A stretch of 64,000 nucleotides of DNA. Origin: Oligoflexia bacterium (GTDB taxonomy: Bacteria > Bdellovibrionota > UBA1018). The translations under genes and the position numbers were made by a program. The stretch covers positions 928,001 through 992,000 of the forward strand of contig CAVWVI010000003.1 in the NCBI GenBank assembly GCA_963758495.1, given 5' to 3'. The notes under the pieces are model-generated. The model was not told where the DNA came from, made no database searches, and was given only the letters and a program-made list of their open reading frames with translations. This document shows positions 28,769-38,212 of the stretch, piece after piece (the first letter of the stretch is position 1; every line of letters starts with the position of its first letter).

Positions 28769-29108
28769 AAATTTACACAAAATTACTTTTTATAGTTTGA
28801 TTAACAATTCACTAATACTTGTACACTCTCGAGGGTCTCCATCAAAAAAGTGTAATGTGCGAAAAATGACACGAAAAAATACCGATCGTGCTCATGGATC
28901 ATTCATTATTTATAGATACTTAACTATAGATACTGACCAATGATTTATTCGGCATTTGCAGGCACAACACTGTGTACGGCATTTCTGGTGCTGAGCAGCC
29001 CATCCTCCTTGCTCCCTTTAAACATGGCCCCAACGGACTATAACAACAGATTAAATTATTGATTTTTCAGCTCCCAAAGATGCTATAGAAGACTTCTAGG
29101 AAATTTTA

Positions 29109-29963
29109 ATGCTTAATTCTCCATCTTTTTTCACACTCAGTTTGGCACGAAGGTCTATGGTTCTGTTGCTTTTGGGCTCTTTGTTACCCACCTGGTCCAG
29201 CGCAAACACTCCACCAGACGAGCTTAAAAAGGTAGGAATTACAGAACATTTAGGTGACTCTCTCAAGATAAAAGAGCTTTCGTTTCGAGACGAACAAGGA
29301 AAATCGGTAATTCTTGCAAATTACTTTAATCAGAATCGGCCGGTCATTTTAGCTCTCGTTTATTACAAATGTCCAAACCTCTGTAACTTACTTCTCAACG
29401 GTCTGCTCGACTCCCTGAAGAAAATAGAATGGACAACCGGAAACCAGTTTGAATTAGTGGCAATTAGTATTAATCCGAACGAAACACCTCAATTAGCCTC
29501 CGAGAAGAAAGCAAACTACCTTCAATCTTATAAACGACCCGATGCGGCTAAAGGCTGGCACTTTCTCACTGGAGAAGAAAGCCAGATTCAATCTGTCGCA
29601 TCTCAAGTAGGATTTCATTACAGGTACGATGAAACTGAAAAACAGTATGCGCACACCGCTGCTCTATTTGTCCTCACTCCCCAGGGACAACTCTCACGTT
29701 ACCTCTACGGGATTTCATTTCTGCCTAAGAACATTAAGTTTGCACTGATCGACGCATCCAACGGAAAAATCGGAACCGTCATGGAACGCGTGTTGTTGTA
29801 TTGCTTCCACTTTGATCCCTCTAAAAATAGCTATACATTTCGGATGTGGAGAGTTGTTCAAATCATTGTCGTCATTCAAGTGCTCGTACTGGGCGCACTT
29901 CTTTATACTCTTTGGAGAAAAGAAAAGCCAGGAAAGCATCGTTCACTCTATCCTCCAGTTTAG
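29109..29963 (+). CDS. SCO1/SenC family protein
   Basis: YYKCPNLC (CxxxC), WHFLTG, YAH; signal peptide and C-terminal TM segment. Confidence 0.88.
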   Translation: MLNSPSFFTLSLARRSMVLLLLGSLLPTWSSANTPPDELKKVGITEHLGDSLKIKELSFRDEQGKSVILANYFNQNRPVILALVYYKCPNLCNLLLNGLLDSLKKIEWTTGNQFELVAISINPNETPQLASEKKANYLQSYKRPDAAKGWHFLTGEESQIQSVASQVGFHYRYDETEKQYAHTAALFVLTPQGQLSRYLYGISFLPKNIKFALIDASNGKIGTVMERVLLYCFHFDPSKNSYTFRMWRVVQIIVVIQVLVLGALLYTLWRKEKPGKHRSLYPPV

Positions 29964-30095
29964 CTACCGATTATATGAACCACGCAGACTACCTGATCAG
30001 TAGGTCGCTTCTTTATTTCAGGCTTTAGGTAGGCTGAGACTCTTGATTCCAGAATTAAAACATCCCTCATCACGAAATCAATTTAATGAACACCC

Positions 30096-31376
30096 CTACT
30101 TCACCCGATAGGCGCTCACTGTCGCATCATCCATCCCCACTACCAGCAGACCTGTCCCCGAAGCAATTTGGTGAGTATAAATATAGGCTCCCGCATCTGA
30201 TACTGCTGGAATCACATCCCACTTCAGCTCACCTTTAAAATTATAGCTCAAGATATGACCTTCCATGCCATAGGGAGTGGCCTTCTCCAATCCCATGATC
30301 ACTTGATCATTCACAACATGAATAGAAGAAGAGAAGTCAGAGAATAAGGGATCTCCTCGTTTCCACACTTCCCGCAACGATGATGATGATATTGGAGATA
30401 AAGATAAACTTGCAACAAACTGCCCCGAGGGACTATTTCCATAATAAAAGAGCGCATCTCCATTGGGACTGACTTCAATTTGACTAGGTCGAAAACTAGG
30501 CGAGGCAGATCCCACTCGCGCGCCAGCATGATCAAAAACTACTATTTCAGCATCTTTTTTGCGATTTTTATACAAAACCGCTACTTTTAAGTTTTCTTTA
30601 GACGAAAGGCTCACATCAATGACTTCTCCATCCACTTTTCTGTGCCAGACCGGTTGAAAGTCTGAATTAAAAAGGACGACCTTTCCCTTCGATAGCCCTA
30701 TCGCTAGACTCTTCTGATCGCGAGCAACCTTGAGTGCCAAAATATCTTGAGTAATAGTGTGTGAAAAAAGTCTTTTCCCGCTCCAATCTAGAACATCAAA
30801 TCCAATCCTAGGTTCCGCATCATCGTCATAGTAACAAAGTATTTTCTTTGCCTCACTCAGGACTTGCGGCCTGCATGCACCTTCTGACGTCCATAGAGTT
30901 TTCCCTTTTGCATCAATGCCCTGAAGCTGACTTTCGTAATTCGAAATGACTACAAAAGATCCATCCTTAGAAATATCTTGATCTCGGGTGGGTGATTTCA
31001 CGGGGAACTTCCAAACGACCTCACCCTCTGAATTCAACTTTAAAAGGAAGTGCTGATTCGTGCTTCCTTCAATATCAGGATCCGGTGCGGCCGCTATCAG
31101 AATAGCTTGACCATTTTTAGAAATACTTAAACCCGTAATGGCCCCCTTCATTTTTTTGAACCACAGAGAAGGAGTAGAATGGATACCATTTAATGCGCTG
31201 CGCTCTATTTGAGATTTAGACCGTGACTCAGAGAGTGACTCGGATAGTAATGGGGACGACGCATTCGGCTTTATATGTGCACATCCTAAAAACATACATA
31301 AAACCAAGACCATGGAACCTAAGCAACTCTCTCTAAGTAGAATCATTTCTTTCCCGTAGCCCATCGAGCTATGCAA
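30096..31376 (-). CDS. Beta-propeller (PQQ/WD40-like) lipoprotein; start uncertain
   Basis: Lipobox FLGC; repeated G...W blade motifs (GEVVWKF, GKTLWTS, GELKWD). Confidence 0.6.
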   Translation of the reverse strand: MHSSMGYGKEMILLRESCLGSMVLVLCMFLGCAHIKPNASSPLLSESLSESRSKSQIERSALNGIHSTPSLWFKKMKGAITGLSISKNGQAILIAAAPDPDIEGSTNQHFLLKLNSEGEVVWKFPVKSPTRDQDISKDGSFVVISNYESQLQGIDAKGKTLWTSEGACRPQVLSEAKKILCYYDDDAEPRIGFDVLDWSGKRLFSHTITQDILALKVARDQKSLAIGLSKGKVVLFNSDFQPVWHRKVDGEVIDVSLSSKENLKVAVLYKNRKKDAEIVVFDHAGARVGSASPSFRPSQIEVSPNGDALFYYGNSPSGQFVASLSLSPISSSSLREVWKRGDPLFSDFSSSIHVVNDQVIMGLEKATPYGMEGHILSYNFKGELKWDVIPAVSDAGAYIYTHQIASGTGLLVVGMDDATVSAYRVK

Positions 31377-31416
31377 TGCTACTGTAATGAAAGAAACCCC
31401 ATAAAAGCTAAAAACT

Positions 31417-32304
31417 ATGCGTATTGCGATCCTCTCCAGAAATAAAAACCTTTACAGTATACGGCGCTTACGTCAGGAAGCCCGTAAAACGAAGATGCGA
31501 TGTGACATCATTAACCCCCTGGACTGCCAACTCGTCATAGATGGAAAACGAAGTCGAATCGTAGTCGCCACTAGCCCCCTACCTCACTACGATGCCATCT
31601 TACCTCGTATTGGGGCCTCGATTACCGAATACGGCCTTTCCGTGGTGAAACACTTTGAAATGCAAGGCATGCTCGCCATTAATGGCTCCCAAGCTATCGC
31701 AGAATCCCGCAATAAAATGAGAAGTCTTCAAGTGCTCACGCAAGCTGGCCTTTTAGTACCAGCAACCGTCCTTACCCGTAGCACCCGAGGGCTTCGAGGA
31801 GCCGTTGAAGCCGTAAAAGGATTACCCGTCGTATTAAAAATTTTACAAGGCACTCAAGGAGTCGGTGTCATGCTCGTTCATACTCCCATTTCATTGGGCT
31901 CTGTGCTGGATACCTTACGCACATTAGATCAGGACGTGATTATGCAACAATTTATTGTAGAAGGAGCTGGCAGCGATTTCCGGGCATTTGTAGTCGGAGA
32001 TAAGGTTATTGCATCCATGATGAGAACCGCTCCCCAAGGAGAATTTCGCTCCAATATTCATCGTGGAGCGGAAGGAAATATTGTAAAGCTCCCCCCTCTT
32101 CATCAAAAAACTGCGATTCGGGCAGCAAAGATTTTAGGACTTGAAGTTGCCGGTGTCGATCTTATGGAGAGCAACCTTGGCCCTATGGTAATTGAAGTGA
32201 ACAGCTCACCCGGCTTTGAAGGTATCGAAAAAGCCACAGGGATTAATGTCGCATCTTCCATCCTCAAACATGTGAAAACCCTTATTAAAAAGTCGAATCG
32301 CTAA
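31417..32304 (+). CDS. rimK: RimK family alpha-L-glutamate ligase (ATP-grasp)
   Basis: MRIAILSRN..LYS, PRIGASIT, GTQGVGV, FRSNIHRG, EVNSSPG.EGIE. Confidence 0.88.
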   Translation: MRIAILSRNKNLYSIRRLRQEARKTKMRCDIINPLDCQLVIDGKRSRIVVATSPLPHYDAILPRIGASITEYGLSVVKHFEMQGMLAINGSQAIAESRNKMRSLQVLTQAGLLVPATVLTRSTRGLRGAVEAVKGLPVVLKILQGTQGVGVMLVHTPISLGSVLDTLRTLDQDVIMQQFIVEGAGSDFRAFVVGDKVIASMMRTAPQGEFRSNIHRGAEGNIVKLPPLHQKTAIRAAKILGLEVAGVDLMESNLGPMVIEVNSSPGFEGIEKATGINVASSILKHVKTLIKKSNR

Positions 32305-32630
32305 CCAGCCTTTTTCTTAAGTCGCGCATACCTTGACCGCACACGATGTTTTGTTACGGCGGGAATCCTTTTTTGATAATCTTGGATAGTTAGACATCCA
32401 TAAATTTTCTTTACCAACATGGTTTGAACCTGGACACTTAATTCCTCAATAATTGATCCTTCTAATGATTTAGGAACTGTAATATTTAATCTTCTGAGAT
32501 AAGAAAGATACTCTTGGAGGACATTCCCGATAAAAGACTTGCGATCCAAATCATTATCTTGGAAATTAACTAAATGCTGTTCAAAGATCACATACAAAGG
32601 ATCTAACTGAGCTTGCTTGGCTTCTAACAT
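32301..32630 (-). CDS. Hypothetical protein
   Basis: 109-aa ORF with coding-like composition filling the gap between rimK and the DHH gene. Confidence 0.6.
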   Translation of the reverse strand: MLEAKQAQLDPLYVIFEQHLVNFQDNDLDRKSFIGNVLQEYLSYLRRLNITVPKSLEGSIIEELSVQVQTMLVKKIYGCLTIQDYQKRIPAVTKHRVRSRYARLKKKAG

Positions 32631-33733
32631 TGAATATTTTGCCTCCTGGATTCTCTTCGGAAAATGAGGTGTACAGCTTGAGCCCCCCAGAACTACCGAA
32701 ATCTCTGTCAGACTCTTTAGACTTTAAAAAATTTAAATCTTATCTTGAACAGGCAAAACGAGTGTTGATTTCTACACACTTATTACCTGATGGAGATGGC
32801 CTAGGCGCTGAAATAGCGTTATTTCACTACCTGAAGCGGGCCAAGAAGGCATGTCGGATCTACAATCCCGATTTATTACCAAAACGGTATCGATTTCTTG
32901 ATCCCAAGGGTACGATTTTACTTGGCCCTGGCGAAGTGGAACTGTGGGATACTTGCGATCTCTGGGTAATAGTAGATACAAATGATCCCCGTCGATTAGG
33001 TAAACTATGGACTGAATTGACCTTTCGATCCAAAAAAATAGTATTTTTGGATCATCATCCTGAAATTATAGGGGAATCAGAAATTACCTATCCCCCTCAT
33101 GCAACACTTGTTTCCGACCCTCAATCCAGTAGCATTGGGGAGTTACTCTACCATTTATTTTCCGAACTCAATCTCTCAAAAATAAATAAAGACGTAGCTC
33201 AAGGACTCTATGTATCCGTCATGACCGATACCAATAGCTTTAGATATGCGAGAACAACCCCCCTTGCCCATCGCATCGCTGCAGATACGATTTCACTAGG
33301 TGTGAATCCCGAAGAAGTGTATCAGGCCATCTACTCATCCAAAGAAGTTTCACATTTAAAACTTTTAGGAAATATGCTTCAAAATGTGAAGGTCGGTTCC
33401 AGCGGAAAAGTTGCTTGGTTGGAAATGAATCTTGAACTCAGAAAAAAGCACCAAGCTTCTGCGGATGATACCCAATCCTTTTTGAATTTACTTCTACTCA
33501 TCAAAGACGCTGAGGTTGTTTGTTTCTTTCGAGAGGAAGACGATGGTCAAATTCGTGTTTCGATTAAATCAAAAGGAAGAATTATTATAAATAAATTAGC
33601 AATGGACTTAGGCGGTGGGGGTCATGAATACGCTGCAGGTCTTGCAGTTTCCTGGCCGCTTGAAAAAGCAGTGAATCAAATCATTCAAAAGATTGATGCA
33701 TTAATCGTCTCCTACGAGAAATTTAAAAAATGA
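32630..33733 (+). CDS. DHH/DHHA1 phosphoesterase (NrnA-like); true start probably TTG near 32678
   Basis: H..PDGD, DHH, TDTNSF, GGGGH..AAG. Confidence 0.9.
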   Translation: MNILPPGFSSENEVYSLSPPELPKSLSDSLDFKKFKSYLEQAKRVLISTHLLPDGDGLGAEIALFHYLKRAKKACRIYNPDLLPKRYRFLDPKGTILLGPGEVELWDTCDLWVIVDTNDPRRLGKLWTELTFRSKKIVFLDHHPEIIGESEITYPPHATLVSDPQSSSIGELLYHLFSELNLSKINKDVAQGLYVSVMTDTNSFRYARTTPLAHRIAADTISLGVNPEEVYQAIYSSKEVSHLKLLGNMLQNVKVGSSGKVAWLEMNLELRKKHQASADDTQSFLNLLLLIKDAEVVCFFREEDDGQIRVSIKSKGRIIINKLAMDLGGGGHEYAAGLAVSWPLEKAVNQIIQKIDALIVSYEKFKK

Positions 33734-34800
33734 GAAGGTCTTTACAAATTACACGAATAGGCGGCCCAGAAGTTCTTCAAATCATAGATCACCCGAGTGA
33801 GAAATTAAAATCTGATTCCTTACGAATTCAAGTTACAGCCTCAGGAGTCAACTTCGCTGATCTTATGATGAGAATGGGCACGTACCCGGAAGCTCCAAAA
33901 ATTCCATTTGTGCCTGGTTATGAAATAGCGGGAACGGTGATAGAAGTAGGAAGCGCGGTAAAAACTTTTAGACCCGGAGATCGTGTACTCGCAGGAACTG
34001 AATTTGGGGGTTACACGACTGAAATCGTTTTATCTGAATTTCAAGTGAGGAAAATTCCAGCCTCATTAACTGACATTGAAGCAGCTGCAATCCCTGTCAA
34101 TTTCTTGACAGCTTGGGTAGCGCTTCAAGACATGGCTCGTATTCGTAAAGGAGATCGAGTCCTCATTCAGAGTGCTGCGGGTGGTGTAGGCGTCGCTGCT
34201 GTTCAAATTGCAGCTCAAGCGGGCGCATCTGTAGTGGGAATTATCGGATCTAAGCTTAAAGCTGATGCTGTTAAGTCCTTAGGCGCTAGTGAGATCATGA
34301 CTTATCAAGAATGGGAAGAATTGAAAGACAAGGATGCTGACGGCTTTCAAATTATTTTGGACTCCACAGGTGGAGACAGTTTAAAGCGAAGCTTTCGAAG
34401 ACTCGCCGCTGGAGGACGGGTGATTTCATTTGGCGTTTCCAGCATGGTATCAGGCCAAAAACGCTCTATTCTGAAAGCTGCCTCTCTGTTTCTAAACACC
34501 CCTCGATTCAGTCCTTTTAAGTTAATGATGGAAAATAAAGGTATTTTTGGTCTCAATATGTTGAAACTTTTCGAGAGACCTTCTCCTGGAAAGTCTAGCC
34601 TTGTGCCGAGTGCTTTAGACCTGATTATGGAACGTTTTGAAGATAGAAGTTATCGGGTCATGATTGGAAAGACGTTTGCCCTCGAAAAAGGAGGAGATGC
34701 TCATGCTTTTCTTCAGAGCAGGGCAAATATTGGAAAGGTAATCTTAACTTCCCCAGGTACAATGGCCCATGGAACCCAATCCTATCCGCTTCACTCATAA
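33730..34800 (+). CDS. MDR family NADPH:quinone oxidoreductase (VAT-1-like)
   Basis: GVNFAD...G.YP, PGYE, SAAGGVG, GKVIL. Confidence 0.88.
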   Translation: MRRSLQITRIGGPEVLQIIDHPSEKLKSDSLRIQVTASGVNFADLMMRMGTYPEAPKIPFVPGYEIAGTVIEVGSAVKTFRPGDRVLAGTEFGGYTTEIVLSEFQVRKIPASLTDIEAAAIPVNFLTAWVALQDMARIRKGDRVLIQSAAGGVGVAAVQIAAQAGASVVGIIGSKLKADAVKSLGASEIMTYQEWEELKDKDADGFQIILDSTGGDSLKRSFRRLAAGGRVISFGVSSMVSGQKRSILKAASLFLNTPRFSPFKLMMENKGIFGLNMLKLFERPSPGKSSLVPSALDLIMERFEDRSYRVMIGKTFALEKGGDAHAFLQSRANIGKVILTSPGTMAHGTQSYPLHS

Positions 34801-34915
34801 CATAAGCAACAAGTTTCAGTTGACGTTCATTGTAATTTATAACAATAAATAAATGACTTCATCTATTATCGAATGAGTGAATGAGTAAATTTTAAATCCG
34901 GACTGAGGTGATTTT

Positions 34916-35863
34916 ATGATTCAAGTATCTCATCTATCCAAACTATATGGACCACGAGCCGCAATTAGCGATTTAAATTTTGCGGTGAAAAAGGGCGAAA
35001 TCGTCGGATTTTTAGGGCCCAATGGAGCGGGAAAAAGCACCACCATGAAAATCCTTACTGGATTTATGCCTGCCACCGAAGGAAAAGTAACGGTAGGTGG
35101 CTTTGATGTTTTCACAAACTCACATGAAGTGAAAAAAAATGTAGGATTCCTGCCGGAGACTCCGCCCGTTTATCCAGAAATGCCTGTTCACGAATATTTG
35201 GAATTTGCTGCAAAACTCCATCAGGTTTCGAAACCTCTCCTTTCAAGAGCTGTAGCGACAGCTCTTGAAAAAACTGGATTAGGTGAGGTAAGAAATCGTC
35301 TAATTGGAAATCTTTCTAAAGGCTTCCGGCAGCGAGTGGGCTTGGCTCAAGCGATCGTTCACAATCCTCAAGTCCTCATTCTAGATGAACCCACCGTGGG
35401 CTTGGATCCTAAACAAATTATTGAAATTCGAGAATTGATTAAAAGCCTCGGGGGTGATCACACCGTTATCTTGAGTTCACATATACTTCCAGAAGTCACT
35501 GCAACCTGCCAAAGAATTATTGTGATCAACAAGGGACGAATCGTAGCCGAAGACACGATTGAACACCTTACAACCCGAATGAATAAAGGTCTTATTTACT
35601 CACTCCTAGTCAAGACACCTTCATCAGATGGAATAGAAGCCATCCGACGGATTGATGGGGTCACAGGAGTCACAGCATCGGGTTCAAAACTCATGATTGA
35701 AATGAGTCCTGCTGCAAAAGAAATCCGCGATAAGATTGTTGAAACTGCTGTCAGCCGTAACTTAGGAGTACTTGAGTTTAGTGCTGAAAAAATAAGTCTC
35801 GAAGAAGTCTTTTTACAACTCACGACCCGCGAGAGTTCATCTGATAATACAGGAGTTGCCTGA
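34916..35863 (+). CDS. ABC transporter ATPase (GldA-like)
   Basis: GPNGAGKSTT, LSKGFRQRVGLAQA, DEPTVGLDP.QI.EIR. Confidence 0.9.
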   Translation: MIQVSHLSKLYGPRAAISDLNFAVKKGEIVGFLGPNGAGKSTTMKILTGFMPATEGKVTVGGFDVFTNSHEVKKNVGFLPETPPVYPEMPVHEYLEFAAKLHQVSKPLLSRAVATALEKTGLGEVRNRLIGNLSKGFRQRVGLAQAIVHNPQVLILDEPTVGLDPKQIIEIRELIKSLGGDHTVILSSHILPEVTATCQRIIVINKGRIVAEDTIEHLTTRMNKGLIYSLLVKTPSSDGIEAIRRIDGVTGVTASGSKLMIEMSPAAKEIRDKIVETAVSRNLGVLEFSAEKISLEEVFLQLTTRESSSDNTGVA

Positions 35864-35865
35864 TC

Positions 35866-36630
35866 ATGAAAAACATATGGACAATAGCACAAAGAGATTT
35901 TAGAGCCTACTTTACCTCACCCATTGCCTATATTGTTATAGCTGGCTTTATGGTGATTATGGGCTGGATGTTCTTTTTCAATCTTTCTCATTTTAATTTA
36001 CAAAACCTCCAGTACCAGCAGTTTAACATGGGTAAAGGAGTCAGCATTACAGAAGGAATTATTCGACCTCTCTATGGTAATATGAATGTAATTTTCTTAT
36101 TCATGGTCCCATTCATTACAATGAGACTTTTTGCGGAAGAAAAAAAGCTGCATACCATTGAACTTTTAATGACTGCACCCGTCAGCTTAGCTGAGATTGT
36201 TCTTGGAAAATTTCTTTCTTCATTCCTTCTCGTTTTGGTCATGCTGACATTCACGATGATTTACCCCATTGTCCTTTTTGCTACAGGTAATCCTGAATTA
36301 GGGCCGATAGTCACCAGCTATGTAGGAACACTTTTACTTTCTAGCTGCTACCTTTCAATAGGCATATTGTTCTCATCCGTTACTGAAAATCAAATTGTCG
36401 CAGGAGCACTTACTTTTGCAGCTGGACTCTTCTTTTGGCTTGTCAGTTGGGCAACTCAAACTGCAGGTCCAGTCTGGGGGGATCTACTCAACTACTTATC
36501 ATTGATCACTCATTATAATAACTTTGGTCAAGGCCTGCTCAATACAGGTGATATTTTTTATTATTTATCTTTTATTGGTGTTGGACTTTTTCTAACACAC
36601 CGAACATTAGATTCCTTTCGATGGAGGTAA
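35866..36630 (+). CDS. ABC-2 permease (GldF-like)
   Basis: YFTSPIAY, TMRLFAEEKK..TIELL.TAP, TENQIVA. Confidence 0.88.
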   Translation: MKNIWTIAQRDFRAYFTSPIAYIVIAGFMVIMGWMFFFNLSHFNLQNLQYQQFNMGKGVSITEGIIRPLYGNMNVIFLFMVPFITMRLFAEEKKLHTIELLMTAPVSLAEIVLGKFLSSFLLVLVMLTFTMIYPIVLFATGNPELGPIVTSYVGTLLLSSCYLSIGILFSSVTENQIVAGALTFAAGLFFWLVSWATQTAGPVWGDLLNYLSLITHYNNFGQGLLNTGDIFYYLSFIGVGLFLTHRTLDSFRWR

Positions 36631-36636
36631 ACAGCC

Positions 36637-38196
36637 ATGGAAAATCAAGCTCATAAAAATGGTACCCAAAATACGACCCCACTTCTTTGGATTGCATCAG
36701 GAGTCCTTCTATTAGGCCTTTTATTTGCAAGAATTATTTATCCAGAGCTTATATGGATGACGATCACTCTTGTTACCCTTCTCGTCGCAACCCTGAGTGG
36801 ATTAATGGTTCAAAATCAAAAAGCACTCAAAAGTCGAACCGCTGCTTATGGCATTAATTCGGTTATCACTGTATTTCTTGTAATTGGAATCGTGGGAGTT
36901 TTGAATTTTCTTACCTCACGTTATCCATATAAGGTGGATTTAACTAAAAATAAAATTCATACACTTTCTGATCAAACCGTAAAAATCACAAAGGGCCTAC
37001 AAAAGACGGTTAAAGCTACCCTTTATTCGAAACTTCAACAGAAAGAACAGTTTCGACCTCTATTGGATAACTATAAGAGTTTAAATCCAAAATTTGAAGT
37101 TGAATACGTAGATCCAGATCGCGAGCCAACTCGCGCAAAAGAATCTGGAATTAAAAAATATGGAACACTTCTTTTAGCTGTAGACGGTCGCGACAATAAG
37201 ATCGAAGAGCCGACTGAAGAAAAAGTGACTAATGCGCTTATTAAATTACTAAAAGATAAAAACCCGGTCTTATGTGTAACCACAGGACATGGCGAAAAGA
37301 GTTTTACCTCTAAGGAAAATGAGGGATATGATGGAGTTAAGAAATCTTTAGCAGACCAAAGTTACGAAGTTAAAGATCTTAACTTACTTCAGGAATCCAA
37401 AGTACCAGAAACTTGCAATGCTCTGGCCATTATTGGACCTACGAAATCTTTTTTCCCTGCTGAAACTACAGCCATCAATCAATATTTAGATCAGGGTGGA
37501 CGGGGCATCATAGCAGTGGATATTAATATTAAGGGTGGAGAATACTCACCCGAACTCCTCTCAATCCTACAAAATTGGTATGTCAAACCGGGCGTTTCAT
37601 TGGTGGTAGACCCAGTTTCTCGAATGCTAGGAGTGGACTCCTCCGTTGCAATTCTGGCATCTTTTTCAAAAGACAGCCCAATTACTCGCGACTTTCAAGG
37701 TAATTGTGCATTTCCATTTACACGTCCTTTGGATATTATCCCTGCACCCCCTCCTAGCTTGAATATTCATTGGCTTGCTCAGACTACTCCAAAAAGCTGG
37801 GGAGTTTCAGATATGAAGTCATTACAAACAGGCCAGGTAAGTTTTGTAGAAGGTAAAGATAAATCTGGTCCTTTGAATGCAGCTTTAGTCGTGGAAGGTA
37901 AGCAAAAGAATTCAAAGGCGACACGAAACACCCGCTTAGTTGTTTTTGGAAGTTCCTTCTTTGCAACGAATAATTTCTCTCGCTATGCTGGTAATCTTGA
38001 CTTCTTCCTCAATTCAGTCTCTTGGGCCATGGAAGATGAGAGCTTGATTTCAATTCGAACGAAAGAAGACGGTCCTGGCAAAATTGAGCTTTCTCAAAAG
38101 TCAGGTGCCTTCATATTCTTGCTCACTGTCATTGTTGTTCCATTGCTCATTTCAGTCGCTGGACTTGGCATTTGGATAGCACGACGAAAAATGTAA
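36637..38196 (+). CDS. GldG-like ABC auxiliary component
   Basis: DLTKNKIHTLSDQT, TGHGEK, N.DFFLNSVSW; N- and C-terminal TM segments. Confidence 0.85.
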   Translation: MENQAHKNGTQNTTPLLWIASGVLLLGLLFARIIYPELIWMTITLVTLLVATLSGLMVQNQKALKSRTAAYGINSVITVFLVIGIVGVLNFLTSRYPYKVDLTKNKIHTLSDQTVKITKGLQKTVKATLYSKLQQKEQFRPLLDNYKSLNPKFEVEYVDPDREPTRAKESGIKKYGTLLLAVDGRDNKIEEPTEEKVTNALIKLLKDKNPVLCVTTGHGEKSFTSKENEGYDGVKKSLADQSYEVKDLNLLQESKVPETCNALAIIGPTKSFFPAETTAINQYLDQGGRGIIAVDINIKGGEYSPELLSILQNWYVKPGVSLVVDPVSRMLGVDSSVAILASFSKDSPITRDFQGNCAFPFTRPLDIIPAPPPSLNIHWLAQTTPKSWGVSDMKSLQTGQVSFVEGKDKSGPLNAALVVEGKQKNSKATRNTRLVVFGSSFFATNNFSRYAGNLDFFLNSVSWAMEDESLISIRTKEDGPGKIELSQKSGAFIFLLTVIVVPLLISVAGLGIWIARRKM

Positions 38197-38212
38197 AAGA
38201 AGGAGAATAAAA

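Noticed and set aside
29052..29064. Exact IHF consensus (AATCAATAATTTA, minus strand) near the island's right edge as an att-site marker
   Set aside because: Such matches arise easily in AT-rich DNA, and no matching att core was found at the left edge.
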